Source: Tortispora ganteri (taxonomy: Eukaryota). From it: a DNA stretch of 64,000 nt. Shown one piece after another: positions 53,423 to 64,000 of the stretch. The notes beneath the pieces are model-generated. The model had not been told where the DNA came from, did not search any database, and was given only the letters and a program-made list of their open reading frames with translations. The stretch is taken from positions 248,001 through 312,000 of the forward strand of contig PPNB01000005.1 in the NCBI GenBank assembly GCA_003707115.1, written 5' to 3'. The translations under genes were made by a program, and so were the position numbers. Positions within the stretch are counted from its first letter, which is position 1; each line of letters starts with the position of its first letter.

Positions 53423-53574
53423 ATGGGCATTCAAAATAGTATCAGATCTGAGAAATAAAGAATTAATAGTTGATACTTACTAAGTTTTGTTGTGATTTGT
53501 AGTCTAAACACCAAGTCAACCCCAAACCTTGCAATTTATCAAAACTAGCTTACGTTGATTCATTTTAACAACGT

Positions 53575-55518
53575 ATGCTCGTAATTAGACGTCGTAATAG
53601 AGGCGTACTTCCTGCTACAGCTGAACCATTACTTGTATCATGGTCAATTAATGCTGATCTTTTGCTCTTTGCACTCTCACGTACCGTTCTTGTTGCTTAT
53701 CGTCCAGATGGCACACGCGTTTGGACGCTAGCTGTTCGCGGAAGGCCAATAATTGCAGCAATAGCATGGAGTATTGATGGTACAAGTATTGCTGCAAGTT
53801 ATACTGATGGATATGTCCGCATATGTGATGCTAATCTCGGTAAAGTATCTTCCACTTTACCTCTTCCACCAGGCGACATCTCTCTTCATCCGCCTATCCT
53901 TACCTGGTTAGCGTTCGATGCAAATAATATTGCTGCAAGAACTACTCCAGAATTCGGTCTCCGCGATTTTTTTAATCCGAGGATCGAGGCACACTTGCCC
54001 AAACTCTCAGCGCTACCCACCGCAGCCCCAGATAGCCCCTTCACTTCACAGCCGATCATTGACGCCCTTTTCCGTTCAGATCCTGTTCGCAATATAGACT
54101 GTATCGTTCTTGCTTCACAAACAGATTCTACCACTATAAGTCTTTCGCTTGGCATTCAAGGCACATTCGCTGTACCAAATGCATTCATTTCCACCCCGCT
54201 CGTCCCGCTCGCACACGCACAGACAAACACTACATATGCACACTATCTTATCTGTCACGATATCGAGCTCTCTGCAATAGTACTACTGCCTCTCTGCTTT
54301 AGGTTTCTTCCCCGCTTTGGTTCCTTCTTCTCGCTCCTCACAACAGCATCAACGAAACTACAGTATCTCTCCCGCTACATCCAGGATGCTATCGCCTCAC
54401 TCGCCGATGAAAGCACCGCTCTCCAGTCCGCTATAGACACACTCTTTTCCTCCATAGATACAGACGTCTCCAAGGACCTGATCACACTACTCGTCATAGG
54501 AGTCGCTTCCCCGACATGCACCGAATGGATCAAAAACGATCTCGGTGAGCGCGGTATAAAAAAATGGAGGAAGTCCGTCACATCCGCTTATAACTCCTCT
54601 AATAAACTGCTCACGCAACATATAATACCCGCTTGTGAACGTGCTATATTGATATTACAAGAACTGCATGGTCTAGCCCTTTGGGCTGAACGCGGAAAAC
54701 CGCTTGGCCTCGATCCCGAGACCGTTCAGGCCGCTATCGCATCAATCGAACTGTTAGCACTGGAAGCATATAACATCGCTTCGGGCTTTTCGAAAGAACA
54801 AAACGACTTCTGCGTATTCATACAGTGGCTCTCTGACATTTATGACTACGACACCAAAGGCAATGCCTACCCGTCGCTGGACGCTAAAATACAGCAGGTA
54901 GAAGACTACATTGTGACGTCTCTGCGACGACCAAAAATAGCTCAGTATCACGACTCCAACGAGAATCTGAGCAGCATGACAGCCACAATAGACGAGAACA
55001 TCACCGCTATATTCGACAAAACTGTCGATATTGTTCGCAACCAGATCGACGCAGGATCACCATTCCCCTTGGACGATCTGCAAGCAGATACAAAGCTGCA
55101 GTTTGATGCTCGGATGCTAGAAGACGGATACACATGTATTCTTACATGCTCTGGCTCTGCGTTGAAGTTGTGCAAATTCAGGGCCAAAAACATCTCTACG
55201 GACGTCAAATCGCTGTCACAGATTGACAAGATGTACAGTACAATTGACACCGGCAACTTACGACTTGCCAGGTTTGTCAGTGATACAATTATAGCATGTA
55301 TCGTCGACAAGTCTACGTCTTTACACTTGATTCTTGTATCTTTGGACGCCAGCATGTTTGCTGCTGAGCATATAGCCGCCCCTGCGCAGATCATCGGCCA
55401 GACCGACCTCGAGGATTTGCCTACAACTATAAAAGGACACCAAATTGACACAGAGGTGTGCATAGTTGTTCTGCTCGGCGACTCAAAACGATTCCAAGTA
55501 CTGAGATTCAACGTGTAG
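53575..55518 (+). CDS. APC4: Anaphase-promoting complex subunit Apc4
   Basis: N-terminal WD40-like (WS...DLL, AWSIDG..IA), LPKLSALP, LGERGIKKW.K.V..AY, IIPACER..L.L.EL.GLA, FIQWL. Confidence 0.82.
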   Translation: MLVIRRRNRGVLPATAEPLLVSWSINADLLLFALSRTVLVAYRPDGTRVWTLAVRGRPIIAAIAWSIDGTSIAASYTDGYVRICDANLGKVSSTLPLPPGDISLHPPILTWLAFDANNIAARTTPEFGLRDFFNPRIEAHLPKLSALPTAAPDSPFTSQPIIDALFRSDPVRNIDCIVLASQTDSTTISLSLGIQGTFAVPNAFISTPLVPLAHAQTNTTYAHYLICHDIELSAIVLLPLCFRFLPRFGSFFSLLTTASTKLQYLSRYIQDAIASLADESTALQSAIDTLFSSIDTDVSKDLITLLVIGVASPTCTEWIKNDLGERGIKKWRKSVTSAYNSSNKLLTQHIIPACERAILILQELHGLALWAERGKPLGLDPETVQAAIASIELLALEAYNIASGFSKEQNDFCVFIQWLSDIYDYDTKGNAYPSLDAKIQQVEDYIVTSLRRPKIAQYHDSNENLSSMTATIDENITAIFDKTVDIVRNQIDAGSPFPLDDLQADTKLQFDARMLEDGYTCILTCSGSALKLCKFRAKNISTDVKSLSQIDKMYSTIDTGNLRLARFVSDTIIACIVDKSTSLHLILVSLDASMFAAEHIAAPAQIIGQTDLEDLPTTIKGHQIDTEVCIVVLLGDSKRFQVLRFNV

Positions 55519-55571
55519 GCATGCTCACCACTACGTTCCTTATACTATTTTAACATCATCATTTGTTTACC

Positions 55572-55868
55572 TTACTCATCGGTCTTCGTGAATGGGTTGT
55601 TGATAACTTCGGTGCCATCCAAAGGAGCAATCGATGTTAACAGTGGACCTCTCGCTATAATGCGTGGCAGGTTTCTAGTGGTTCCCTCTATAGACTCTTG
55701 CACGTCCTCCAGCACAAGGTTCATCAGCTTGTCAAATCCCTTCAGCGTGCCTACAGCCTGTCTACCGCCGCTGAAATTCACTATAATCTTCTTATCCAAA
55801 TACTTCGCCAAATCGACAATCTCCTGCCGCTCCTTGCGCGGCCTTTCCTGCTTTTCCGTGTCCGACAT
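55572..55868 (-). CDS. LSM7: Sm-like protein Lsm7
   Basis: IVDLAKYLDKKI.V.FSGGRQ.VGTLKGFD.LMNLVL, I.P.DG.E.I.NPF. Confidence 0.93.
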   Translation of the reverse strand: MSDTEKQERPRKERQEIVDLAKYLDKKIIVNFSGGRQAVGTLKGFDKLMNLVLEDVQESIEGTTRNLPRIIARGPLLTSIAPLDGTEVINNPFTKTDE

Positions 55869-56198
55869 CGTATCGATCGTACGCAGAGTCAAGGCCACCT
55901 GCTAAACTAGCGACTCTCAGTTAGAGTTGCCATAGCAACTAACATAAACTCAAAATATCCACTACCTAAATAAACGATCCCTCTACATATATTGTCTAAA
56001 CGATTGCCGTGCTGTTTTTTTTTTTCTCCATTCTTTTCCTGTCTTCTTTTTATCGCTCTTGTTTTGTATCGCTGACTGCTATTGGAAAGCGCTCTACAGA
56101 ACTGTCATTGAACCTTACAAACAACACCTCACAGCACACCCTGTTTGCCCAGCGCCACTAGCTCTCGACCTTTTTCCCTTAAACGACGCACTGAACTC

Positions 56199-58793
56199 AT
56201 GGACTTGTCAAATATCCTCCGTATCGCTATCCAGCACCCAGATGCCAGTGCACGTGCACATGCAGAGGAACAGCTAGATTCTCTCGCATCGACGCAGTTC
56301 CCTGTCCTCTTGAAGGACTTGGTCTCTTGTATGAAGGACGAGGCCCAGCCGACCGAGATTCGAATGCTCGCAGGCATCTTCCTAAAAAATCAGCTTTCCT
56401 CGAAGAATGTCCAGAAAAAAATGGATTATCTTCAGCGCTGGAACTCTGTAGATACAGACACAAAGGCTGTAGTTCGAGCTAGCGCTCTGGATTTGCTCAA
56501 AACTCCTCAAGCCCAGGTCGCCAACACGGCCGCCCAGCTCATATCCGCTATCGCTGATTTCGACCTTCCGCTCAACCAATGGCCTGAGCTCATGCCTTCA
56601 CTTGTTGCGAACACTCAGCATGATCAACCGGAAAACGTCAAACGTGCCTCCCTTACAACTATCGGTTACATCTGTGAAAACGCTGATCCTAACAACTCAG
56701 GTGTCGTCGCTCAGTCTAGTGGCATATTAACTGCTATCGTATTGGGTGCCCAATCCTCGGAACCCAGCGTCGCCGTCCGAATAGCTGCAATAAATGCACT
56801 CACAGACTCCCTTGAATTCATATGTGAAAATTTCACTCATGAGTCCGAACGAAATTACATCATGCAGGTCGTGTGCGAGGCTTCTCAAGTACCCAATTCT
56901 GCTTTGCAGGCAGCCGTGTTTGGTGCACTTGCTAGAATAATGAGTATGTACTACCAGTACATGAACTTCTATATGGAGCGCGCGCTGCTCGCTCTAACCG
57001 TTAACGGTATGCAATCTGAAGATGATAATGTTGCCGCTATGGCCGTGGAGTTTTGGTGTACCGTTTGTGAGCAGGAAATAGATATTGATCAATCGAATCT
57101 TGAGCGCGATCCATTAGAACCAGAACAGCAAAATTATCGATTTGCTAACAATGCACTGCCAGCGGTTTTGCCAACATTACTTCGTCTTCTTGTCCGTCAA
57201 TCTGACGATGACGATGACGACGACTGGACTGTCTCAATGGCGGCCGGCTCTTGCCTGCAACTATTTGCGCAGGCTACCGGCTCGATCATTGTTCAGCCAG
57301 TGTTACAGTTCGTTGAACAAAACATCTCCAAGCCTACATGGCAGGAGCGTGAAGCAGCTGTGATGGCCTTTGGTAGTATACTTGGTGGACCTGATCCTAG
57401 CTCGCTGATTAATTTAATTCGACAAGCCCTCACGCCGATTCTCCACCTAATGGGTGATTCTAATCTGCAGGTGAAGGATACAGTCGCGTGGTGTCTTGGT
57501 AGGATGGCAGATTTTGCCGCAGACGGCATTGATATTAATACTCAATTACCTGCGATTATTGAAGCTGTTCTGTTGGGATTTAAAGATCATCCGCGCGTCT
57601 CTACCAATTGCTGCTGGACTTTAATAAACCTCACAGAACAGCTCTCTGTTAATGGAGCGTCATTGCCTACCACACACATGTCGCAATACTATCCCCAACT
57701 TGTTCCGGGTCTATTGACTACTTCCGATAGGCCAAACAATGAAGCATTTTCCCGTACTTCAGCATACGAAGCTTTAGCTTGTCTTGTGACTTATGCTGCT
57801 GAGGATGTGGTTCCAATTGTTGAACAACTGTCCGCCACGGTCGGTGAACGCTTAAGCGCGACTATTCAGATGCAAGCCAATATAGTTAACATTGACGACA
57901 GAAACAACCTTGAAGAGCTGCAAAGTAGCTTGATTACTTTACTCATCAGCATAATACGCCGTATGGGTTATCGTGTTACTGCTGCGGCTGACGATATTAT
58001 GACTTTGTTGTTGACATTGAGACAACAATCTTTGCAGAACTCGGCTATAGAAGAAGACATTTTAATTGCTATTGGATCTGTTGCTACTTCTATTGAGTCT
58101 CAATTCACGAAGTACATGGATGCTTTTACACCTTTCTTAGTTTCTGCTTTAGAGAATCCGGCTGAATTCGAGACATGTAATACTGCAATTGGCTTAGTAT
58201 CGGACATTGCTCAAGCAATTGGCCAAAGTTTGGCAAACTATGCTAATGTGATCATGTCTACTTTGTTTAAGATTCTGACGAACTCTCCTATGCGAGATTT
58301 ACGACCGACTGTCCTTTCTGCTATAGGAGATGTGGCTACTTCTCTCGGGACTTTATTTGAGCCTTATCTTAATGACGTTATGATTCTCCTCAGCAAAGCC
58401 GCTATGGTTGAGGCTCCAGGCGATGACATAGACATGCGTGACTATGTAGTTACTTTGCGTGGTGCAATTTTGGATGCCTATGTTGGAATAGTGTCTGGAT
58501 TTGAGAGCGGAGCCAACATTCTCCAACCGCATATCGAAACAATTCTCGGGTTCATATCGAAAATCAACCAGGACCGACACATGCTAAGATCTGACAATGC
58601 TGTTAGGTCAGCTGTTGGTCTTTTAGGCGATATCGCAGCTATGTTCCCTGGTGGTGAAGTCAAAGTATTTTACACTGCACCATGGGTAACTGAATTTATA
58701 AAACGCGCTCGCTCTGATAAAACATACAGTGCCTCTACGCACGATGTTGCTAGATGGGCGCGTGAGCAGCAAAAGCGCCAGCTGTTGTTGTAG
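56199..58793 (+). CDS. KAP95: Importin beta-1 (karyopherin beta)
   Basis: IBN_N domain, WPELM, ERNYIMQVVCEA, AVEFW.TVCE.E, acidic loop DDDDW, REAAVMAFGSIL; first ATG 56199. Confidence 0.97.
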   Translation: MDLSNILRIAIQHPDASARAHAEEQLDSLASTQFPVLLKDLVSCMKDEAQPTEIRMLAGIFLKNQLSSKNVQKKMDYLQRWNSVDTDTKAVVRASALDLLKTPQAQVANTAAQLISAIADFDLPLNQWPELMPSLVANTQHDQPENVKRASLTTIGYICENADPNNSGVVAQSSGILTAIVLGAQSSEPSVAVRIAAINALTDSLEFICENFTHESERNYIMQVVCEASQVPNSALQAAVFGALARIMSMYYQYMNFYMERALLALTVNGMQSEDDNVAAMAVEFWCTVCEQEIDIDQSNLERDPLEPEQQNYRFANNALPAVLPTLLRLLVRQSDDDDDDDWTVSMAAGSCLQLFAQATGSIIVQPVLQFVEQNISKPTWQEREAAVMAFGSILGGPDPSSLINLIRQALTPILHLMGDSNLQVKDTVAWCLGRMADFAADGIDINTQLPAIIEAVLLGFKDHPRVSTNCCWTLINLTEQLSVNGASLPTTHMSQYYPQLVPGLLTTSDRPNNEAFSRTSAYEALACLVTYAAEDVVPIVEQLSATVGERLSATIQMQANIVNIDDRNNLEELQSSLITLLISIIRRMGYRVTAAADDIMTLLLTLRQQSLQNSAIEEDILIAIGSVATSIESQFTKYMDAFTPFLVSALENPAEFETCNTAIGLVSDIAQAIGQSLANYANVIMSTLFKILTNSPMRDLRPTVLSAIGDVATSLGTLFEPYLNDVMILLSKAAMVEAPGDDIDMRDYVVTLRGAILDAYVGIVSGFESGANILQPHIETILGFISKINQDRHMLRSDNAVRSAVGLLGDIAAMFPGGEVKVFYTAPWVTEFIKRARSDKTYSASTHDVARWAREQQKRQLLL

Positions 58794-58939
58794 AACTTGT
58801 GAAAAATACGCATTGGTGTTTAGAAATACAGAGACTCTAATGTTCCCAGTAAACGTAAGAATCATCAATAGTTGTAGAAATTGCGGTGTAGATTATTTCA
58901 GCAGCAAGTAAAATATACGTGCCATATGTTATGTGAGTT

Positions 58940-60379
58940 TCAATCAGAGATATCACCGAGTAGTTCGGCGATAAGTGTACCATTAGGCCAAAGAAGATTT
59001 TCGTCTTTAATATAGGAGTCCTTATCGCAAGGGAACTCGTGGCGAGGCATCGGAGAGACAAGAATGAAGTCGTAAAAGTGTTCGTAATCTACCGGGGGAG
59101 CGTCGGGGACGACCTGAACAGCTTGCTCCTTTAATAGCGGGTAACATTCCACAAAATTATATAGGTCGATTATCTTTGTGTCTGAGCTAAACCGTCTAAT
59201 GACACGGCTTCCGTCAGGCAACCGAATACTTAACCTTGTGGAGTCCTTATTTGATGCTTCCGGTTCAGGGGGCAGTGTGGAAGCGATGTATCGTTTCCAT
59301 TGATCTTTTAGCTGGCGTGTATTGAGTCTGCGCTGTTCTTCTAGCTGCTGCTGGCGTTCGAGTTCCAGACGAGCAGCACGTTCTTCATCTAAACGTCTCA
59401 AACGATCTCTGTCGGCAGCTAATGAGCGCTCATAAGCTGAATCCTGCTCAGCTCGCAGCTGTCTAGCGGTTTCACGTTCTCTGTTGAGAGACTCAAGCTG
59501 AATTTCGTTTTCTCTGATACTCTCCATGATTCTGGCGTACTTGGCAGTAAGACGCTGAATGAAGGCGACAACCTCTTCGGGCGAATGGTATCCGCTCATG
59601 CGGCCGAGTACATGCATAGAAAGAAGATCAGAGCTACGCTTAGTTTCAGATATGAGGGCGATGAAGGGGAATTCAGTGCAATGCAGTTCTGCACTGATCT
59701 GGTAACCCTCTGAGGTTGCCGCCGAGCCTCCCCATACGAGCACGTTGTTGGTTCTGATAGCTTCGACGACCATATCTGAGGCTAGAACGTTCTGAGAGTA
59801 CTTTTCGGTATCATCATGGACATAGCTGTGTATGATGACTAGTAGGCATCGGCGGGAGTCTTTAGCTTCCTTGAGGGCGGACATGTAAGAGTCCTTGTGG
59901 AACGGGAGGGTGACGCCATTTGTGGCGCGTTCAAACCGATTGACAAACTCAAGTGCCGACTGTTTACGGTCATCAATAGGCGTGGGATGCGTAAACGAGG
60001 TTAATCTCGCAAGTAGCGGTGACATTGAGGGGAGGAAGAAAAGGATACTGCCGAGGAGTCTAAACATGGCGTGCACGGGTCGCAGCAACAGTCCGAACAG
60101 ACTACTTAGGAACGAGTAGCGCTGTCTTGGAATGTTAGATATCAGCGGAGCAGCATCAGTATCAGTAGACCGAGTAGCAGACGACAAGGAGTCCTGGACG
60201 GGTACAGGTGGAGATGAACGTGCAGGTACAGAGACGGTTTCGCCATTTTCATAGTAGTTGGCGATGGCGATCTCGAGATTGAAGTCCCACCGCGCCAGAA
60301 AGCGTACAAGCAAATTATCGTCGCCAGACCAACCCGTAACTTCGCGAAACTGAGCCAGTACAGAGTCGTCAGATTCCAT
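58940..60379 (-). CDS. UBX-domain Cdc48 adaptor, FAF2/Ubx2-3-like
   Basis: UBA-like N-terminus (QFREVTG...WDFNLEIAI), hydrophobic hairpin, UAS domain, LRAEQDSAYERSLAADR, UBX (IRLPDGSR..RRF, SPMPR, LWPNG). Confidence 0.9.
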   Translation of the reverse strand: MESDDSVLAQFREVTGWSGDDNLLVRFLARWDFNLEIAIANYYENGETVSVPARSSPPVPVQDSLSSATRSTDTDAAPLISNIPRQRYSFLSSLFGLLLRPVHAMFRLLGSILFFLPSMSPLLARLTSFTHPTPIDDRKQSALEFVNRFERATNGVTLPFHKDSYMSALKEAKDSRRCLLVIIHSYVHDDTEKYSQNVLASDMVVEAIRTNNVLVWGGSAATSEGYQISAELHCTEFPFIALISETKRSSDLLSMHVLGRMSGYHSPEEVVAFIQRLTAKYARIMESIRENEIQLESLNRERETARQLRAEQDSAYERSLAADRDRLRRLDEERAARLELERQQQLEEQRRLNTRQLKDQWKRYIASTLPPEPEASNKDSTRLSIRLPDGSRVIRRFSSDTKIIDLYNFVECYPLLKEQAVQVVPDAPPVDYEHFYDFILVSPMPRHEFPCDKDSYIKDENLLWPNGTLIAELLGDISD

Positions 60380-60515
60380 AGGGGCGTGTACTGGCGGTAG
60401 TGGGGGTAAGGGGGTGTTAGGATGGCGAAGTACATAGACACCAGATGTTCGGTCATAATAAGTACAAACCTTGTTGCAATTAGAGTTTGTCGTTATTCAT
60501 TAGAATTTTGTGCAT

Positions 60516-63500
60516 CTAGAAGGCATTGTGCAGACGCATTTCAATTAGCCGTTTGAAAATATCGTTGACAGATCTATCAAGCTTTTCTGCAATTGTCTGT
60601 TGTTTCTGTTGTGGTAAGAGCAAGTATTGCTCGCAAAAATCGCCGTCTATGACATGTTTTACGGGCACGTAATAGCCACGGTAAGTTAGCAGGTTGCGAC
60701 CAACGCACGACGTTGTTTCTGCTGCGATGTGTTTCTGCAATTGTAGAAAAAATTCATAGTCTTTCTTCGACAATAGAGGGATAAGAGTACCAATAGTGCC
60801 TTGGAGACCTGCCCATACCAGCATTTCACGTGCAGCAAACTGTAGTTTTACTCGATGTACGGCCATGGGGATATCTTGGACGTAGAAATGACATATACAT
60901 TCGTTCTTGCTTGATGCACCTTGTAGCTTTGATTCCTTCTTCACAAGACTCCCAAATTCGTCCTTGTCAACTAATTCAGACGCTTGTTGATCTGGACGTA
61001 ATACCCATAAGTTGCCAAATTTGTCCCCACCAACTGCTGTGTCGTAATCAAACATTTTCATAGTTGTACAATGTCGTGCAATACAGTCATCGCTGAATGC
61101 CAAAAATTGATTAATACCATGCTTGTAGCTTAAAAAGCATATAGATTGCACACTGTCTGCAACAGCTATACGATCTCCTCCTTCATGGTCAATACGTACT
61201 ATCTGCTGATATCCGCGAAGTTCCAGCTCACATTTCTTCAGCAATTGTTTTTTTCCAATATCGTATATTCGCAATGCTCTGCCAATTCCTGCCAAAATTC
61301 GGCCGTTAAATGTGCAAATCGCTGTGGCGGGCTGTTCTACCCGTGTACGATGCACCAGCTGTAAACCGTTGTTGTCAGAAATCTCATACACACATATAAA
61401 ACAATCAGAGAATCGTGTAGACAGTGTAGACAGTGTATCAATGTCTTTAGCAACACTAACAACAAGATAATGTTTACCTGGACGCGCCAGAAACTGAACT
61501 GGCTCAATAGTCAACACTCGTTCACCGTTTTCGAGCAAAACAGCTTCAGAGATTTCTTTGGAGTTTAAATCAACGGACTCCACGCGAGAACTCCACTGTC
61601 CATGATGTTTATCGGCTTCAGACACATATTGTACAGGCAGCTGCATATCTCGTACAATTTTTCGTGGTGAACCATGAAGCGCGACCTTCTCAAACTGAAT
61701 TTTCTGTGTAAGGTTCTCAATGCTGAATATACACAGATCCTCGCCGCATACGCCAACTTGAGAGTCTGGACACGGCTCTCCAGAGAATTGAAATGCCTGG
61801 TCAAGCGTGTCGTAATCAAGCGGGTTAACTTCAAAACGATTCTCAGAGACATGAGCTAGCCAGCTTCTTGACGAAAGAACCATAATTGTGTGCTCACCGG
61901 CAACAATAAGCGGTACTAGTTTTACACTCGAGCTACCGACAACCTTAGAGACAGTGCTGGTCATTTCTCCTGTGAACTGGTCCATGACAGTACGCAGGTA
62001 CACACCACTAGATAGACCTACATGCAGGAACAAATTAGCATAACTGTCAGCGGGTTTGCCTAGTGGACCAATGTGCAATGACGACGCAGGTGCAGACAGA
62101 CCTTGCATAGTCAACGTGTCAAACATATCCTCCGGTTTTAAAGAGACGATCCTGAGAGTAGAATCGTCACATGCAACACAGAGAAGACTTGACTTGGCGG
62201 TTGCAGAAAGAGAAAGTGCAGTGATACCAGAACCAAATTTCTTACTTTCTGTATACTCTATTAACAGTCCATTCGAGTCGATTTCGAAATACTTAATATC
62301 CCTGTTTGATAGAGCGAGCACTAGCTGACGTGAATTGGCTACTGCCCGAGTCACATATACGTTATGCTGCGGTTTCCATTCGTCTATATGACTGTTTGTG
62401 CCACGAATATGCCGAAACCCACCTTCGTGTACTTGAACAAGTCCTACTAAGCCCATCTGCTGGACGAGAATGGTAGAGGCATGCAAAATTAGACCAGAAT
62501 CCTTTATCTCCTCGACAGTCTCGCCTACTTCCAGAATGAGCGTAGCGTCTGAGAACGATATCACAATATATTTGTCAAATTCGTCTGTAGAAGATAGTTT
62601 TGTAGTCCACAAATTTATGGGTCTTCCGGGTAAAGGCGTTCGTACAATCTCCATTACTTCTAGACCGTTGTGGATACTGGCAATAGCCGACTCTGCGCCA
62701 CGGCCAGAGGCAAGGTGTATTTTCATAGAAGATTTCAGTGTAGGCTCGTCAACATATGCAGATGTAACATAATGAAGAGCGGGTATCTCGTATAAAAGCT
62801 CTAAGTTTTGCGGGTCTTCGGGTGTAAACTGCGGTGGGGGAGAGCCTGGATGCCATTCTGATGAAACGACAGAAAAAGCGTTATCATTGTCATCATCGCC
62901 GAGCTTTTCAAATCTATAGTATTTGTGGTTGCCTGAGTCAGCAGTAAGGAACAGCGTACCGGATTTCAAGATGTTCAGACATACGGCGATCGGCAAAGTG
63001 GCAAAGTATTTCAGCTTAATATTAATAACAATGCTGTCTTCGACTTCAAATGTGATTTTAAACAAATCGCCGGTACTAGACTGGACAAGCACAAAGAAAC
63101 CGTTCTTTAGCTTGTGCACAACACCACATGTCAAATGCAGTGGCTGAGTCCCGGTGGCGTTAGACCGCGGAATAGGGATCTGTACGGGGCGTGCAGACAG
63201 ATTATGATACATTATGTAGTCAGTATAACCAATAAGCACTCCAGACGGGCCGTCTTTGCCGCCAGGTATTGGCAGCAAAAAGGCAGAATCTCGAGGTACG
63301 GGAACCGATAGTCGCTTTACGACGACGTTTGAACTAAGGTCGAGCTCATAGTAGACAAGTAGCTTTTCTGTCTTTGAATACGTTGTCGGGGATGTATTGA
63401 AGTCGCATTCAGCGTAGTCTACCTCGAGAGCAGCGAACAACGGGTTGTCGTAACCGACGTCCAGTGCTTCGAGCGCAAAAACGAGTCGACGGGCGGTATG

Positions 63501-63986
63501 CGATTCGAGTGGCGACGAGACGACAATCTTGCTGTTAGTGTCAATGTTCAGTACATATGAAAGCTTATATTTCTCGATGCTGGCAATCATTGCGGCTCGG
63601 CCCTTGGGGTCGACGGCAAGGTACTCTCCGGGCACCGATCTGCGGATGCCAGACTTGCCATAAGGCTCACAGACAGTCGGTTGAAACTGATTCATTTTGG
63701 AGTTGTAAATAAGTACAGTAAACATACCAGAGTCAGAAGTGACAATTAGCGCGTCTTTAGATGTACCCGGGACACGTACTGCGCGAACCATTCTAATACT
63801 GCAAAACAGGTTTTGATTTAGTACGGGTTGCAGAGCGCCAGATTCAAAATCAGGCCTGTACATGCGTAGCCAGGACCCACACGCCATGACTATATCCTGA
63901 CGCTTTTCACCAAAAAAAATACCGACCACAGACATGTTCGCAGCCTGAGGCGGTAGAAGCGTAAGCGAGTACAGGAAGACAGACAT
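60516..63986 (-). CDS. RSE1: U2 snRNP SF3b subunit Rse1 (SF3B3)
   Basis: LYSLTL start, GKSGIRR.VPGEYLAVDPKGRA, YYELDL, GGDKFGN, YRGYYVPVKHVIDGDFCEQY. Confidence 0.97.
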   Translation of the reverse strand: MSVFLYSLTLLPPQAANMSVVGIFFGEKRQDIVMACGSWLRMYRPDFESGALQPVLNQNLFCSIRMVRAVRVPGTSKDALIVTSDSGMFTVLIYNSKMNQFQPTVCEPYGKSGIRRSVPGEYLAVDPKGRAAMIASIEKYKLSYVLNIDTNSKIVVSSPLESHTARRLVFALEALDVGYDNPLFAALEVDYAECDFNTSPTTYSKTEKLLVYYELDLSSNVVVKRLSVPVPRDSAFLLPIPGGKDGPSGVLIGYTDYIMYHNLSARPVQIPIPRSNATGTQPLHLTCGVVHKLKNGFFVLVQSSTGDLFKITFEVEDSIVINIKLKYFATLPIAVCLNILKSGTLFLTADSGNHKYYRFEKLGDDDNDNAFSVVSSEWHPGSPPPQFTPEDPQNLELLYEIPALHYVTSAYVDEPTLKSSMKIHLASGRGAESAIASIHNGLEVMEIVRTPLPGRPINLWTTKLSSTDEFDKYIVISFSDATLILEVGETVEEIKDSGLILHASTILVQQMGLVGLVQVHEGGFRHIRGTNSHIDEWKPQHNVYVTRAVANSRQLVLALSNRDIKYFEIDSNGLLIEYTESKKFGSGITALSLSATAKSSLLCVACDDSTLRIVSLKPEDMFDTLTMQGLSAPASSLHIGPLGKPADSYANLFLHVGLSSGVYLRTVMDQFTGEMTSTVSKVVGSSSVKLVPLIVAGEHTIMVLSSRSWLAHVSENRFEVNPLDYDTLDQAFQFSGEPCPDSQVGVCGEDLCIFSIENLTQKIQFEKVALHGSPRKIVRDMQLPVQYVSEADKHHGQWSSRVESVDLNSKEISEAVLLENGERVLTIEPVQFLARPGKHYLVVSVAKDIDTLSTLSTRFSDCFICVYEISDNNGLQLVHRTRVEQPATAICTFNGRILAGIGRALRIYDIGKKQLLKKCELELRGYQQIVRIDHEGGDRIAVADSVQSICFLSYKHGINQFLAFSDDCIARHCTTMKMFDYDTAVGGDKFGNLWVLRPDQQASELVDKDEFGSLVKKESKLQGASSKNECICHFYVQDIPMAVHRVKLQFAAREMLVWAGLQGTIGTLIPLLSKKDYEFFLQLQKHIAAETTSCVGRNLLTYRGYYVPVKHVIDGDFCEQYLLLPQQKQQTIAEKLDRSVNDIFKRLIEMRLHNAF

Positions 63987-64000
63987 AAAGCAGTGGTCGA

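Noticed and set aside
55890..55970. Possible 5' UTR intron of LSM7 (GTAGTG...CTCTAAC...TAG/CAG on the minus strand)
   Set aside because: Donor is non-consensus and the CDS is complete without it; cannot be supported without cDNA

Overview
Gene-dense, intron-poor chromosomal segment of an ascomycete yeast. CTG encodes a conserved Leu in fumarase (ESLML), so the standard code applies; an eIF3m gene argues against the Saccharomyces lineage. About 46 protein-coding genes are present, mostly housekeeping (MED6, MOD5, NPL4, FUM1, SUA5, RCY1, RSA4, PRT1, HCR1, SET1, PAN3, KAP95, RSE1 and others). Four 5'-proximal introns were reconstructed by hand. I saw no RNA genes, transposons or CRISPR arrays. 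The stand-out feature is an accessory island at about 40.9-49.5 kb with AT-rich spacers. It encodes a type I Baeyer-Villiger monooxygenase, a Zn-dependent alcohol dehydrogenase, an HSL-family esterase, a Zn2Cys6 regulator and an enoyl-reductase-like MDR. That set would make a complete alcohol -> ketone -> ester/lactone -> hydrolysis route. The BVMO promoter carries three exact CGG-N10-CCG sites, and cluster promoters carry Mig1/CreA-type boxes. Other oddities are a strongly divergent PCNA, three eIF3 subunit genes within 7.7 kb (two head-to-head), an RCY1 whose F-box has no in-frame AUG, a probable non-AUG mitochondrial presequence on SUA5, and a perfect 26-bp palindrome. All gene calls come from motif recognition by eye; no database searches were run.
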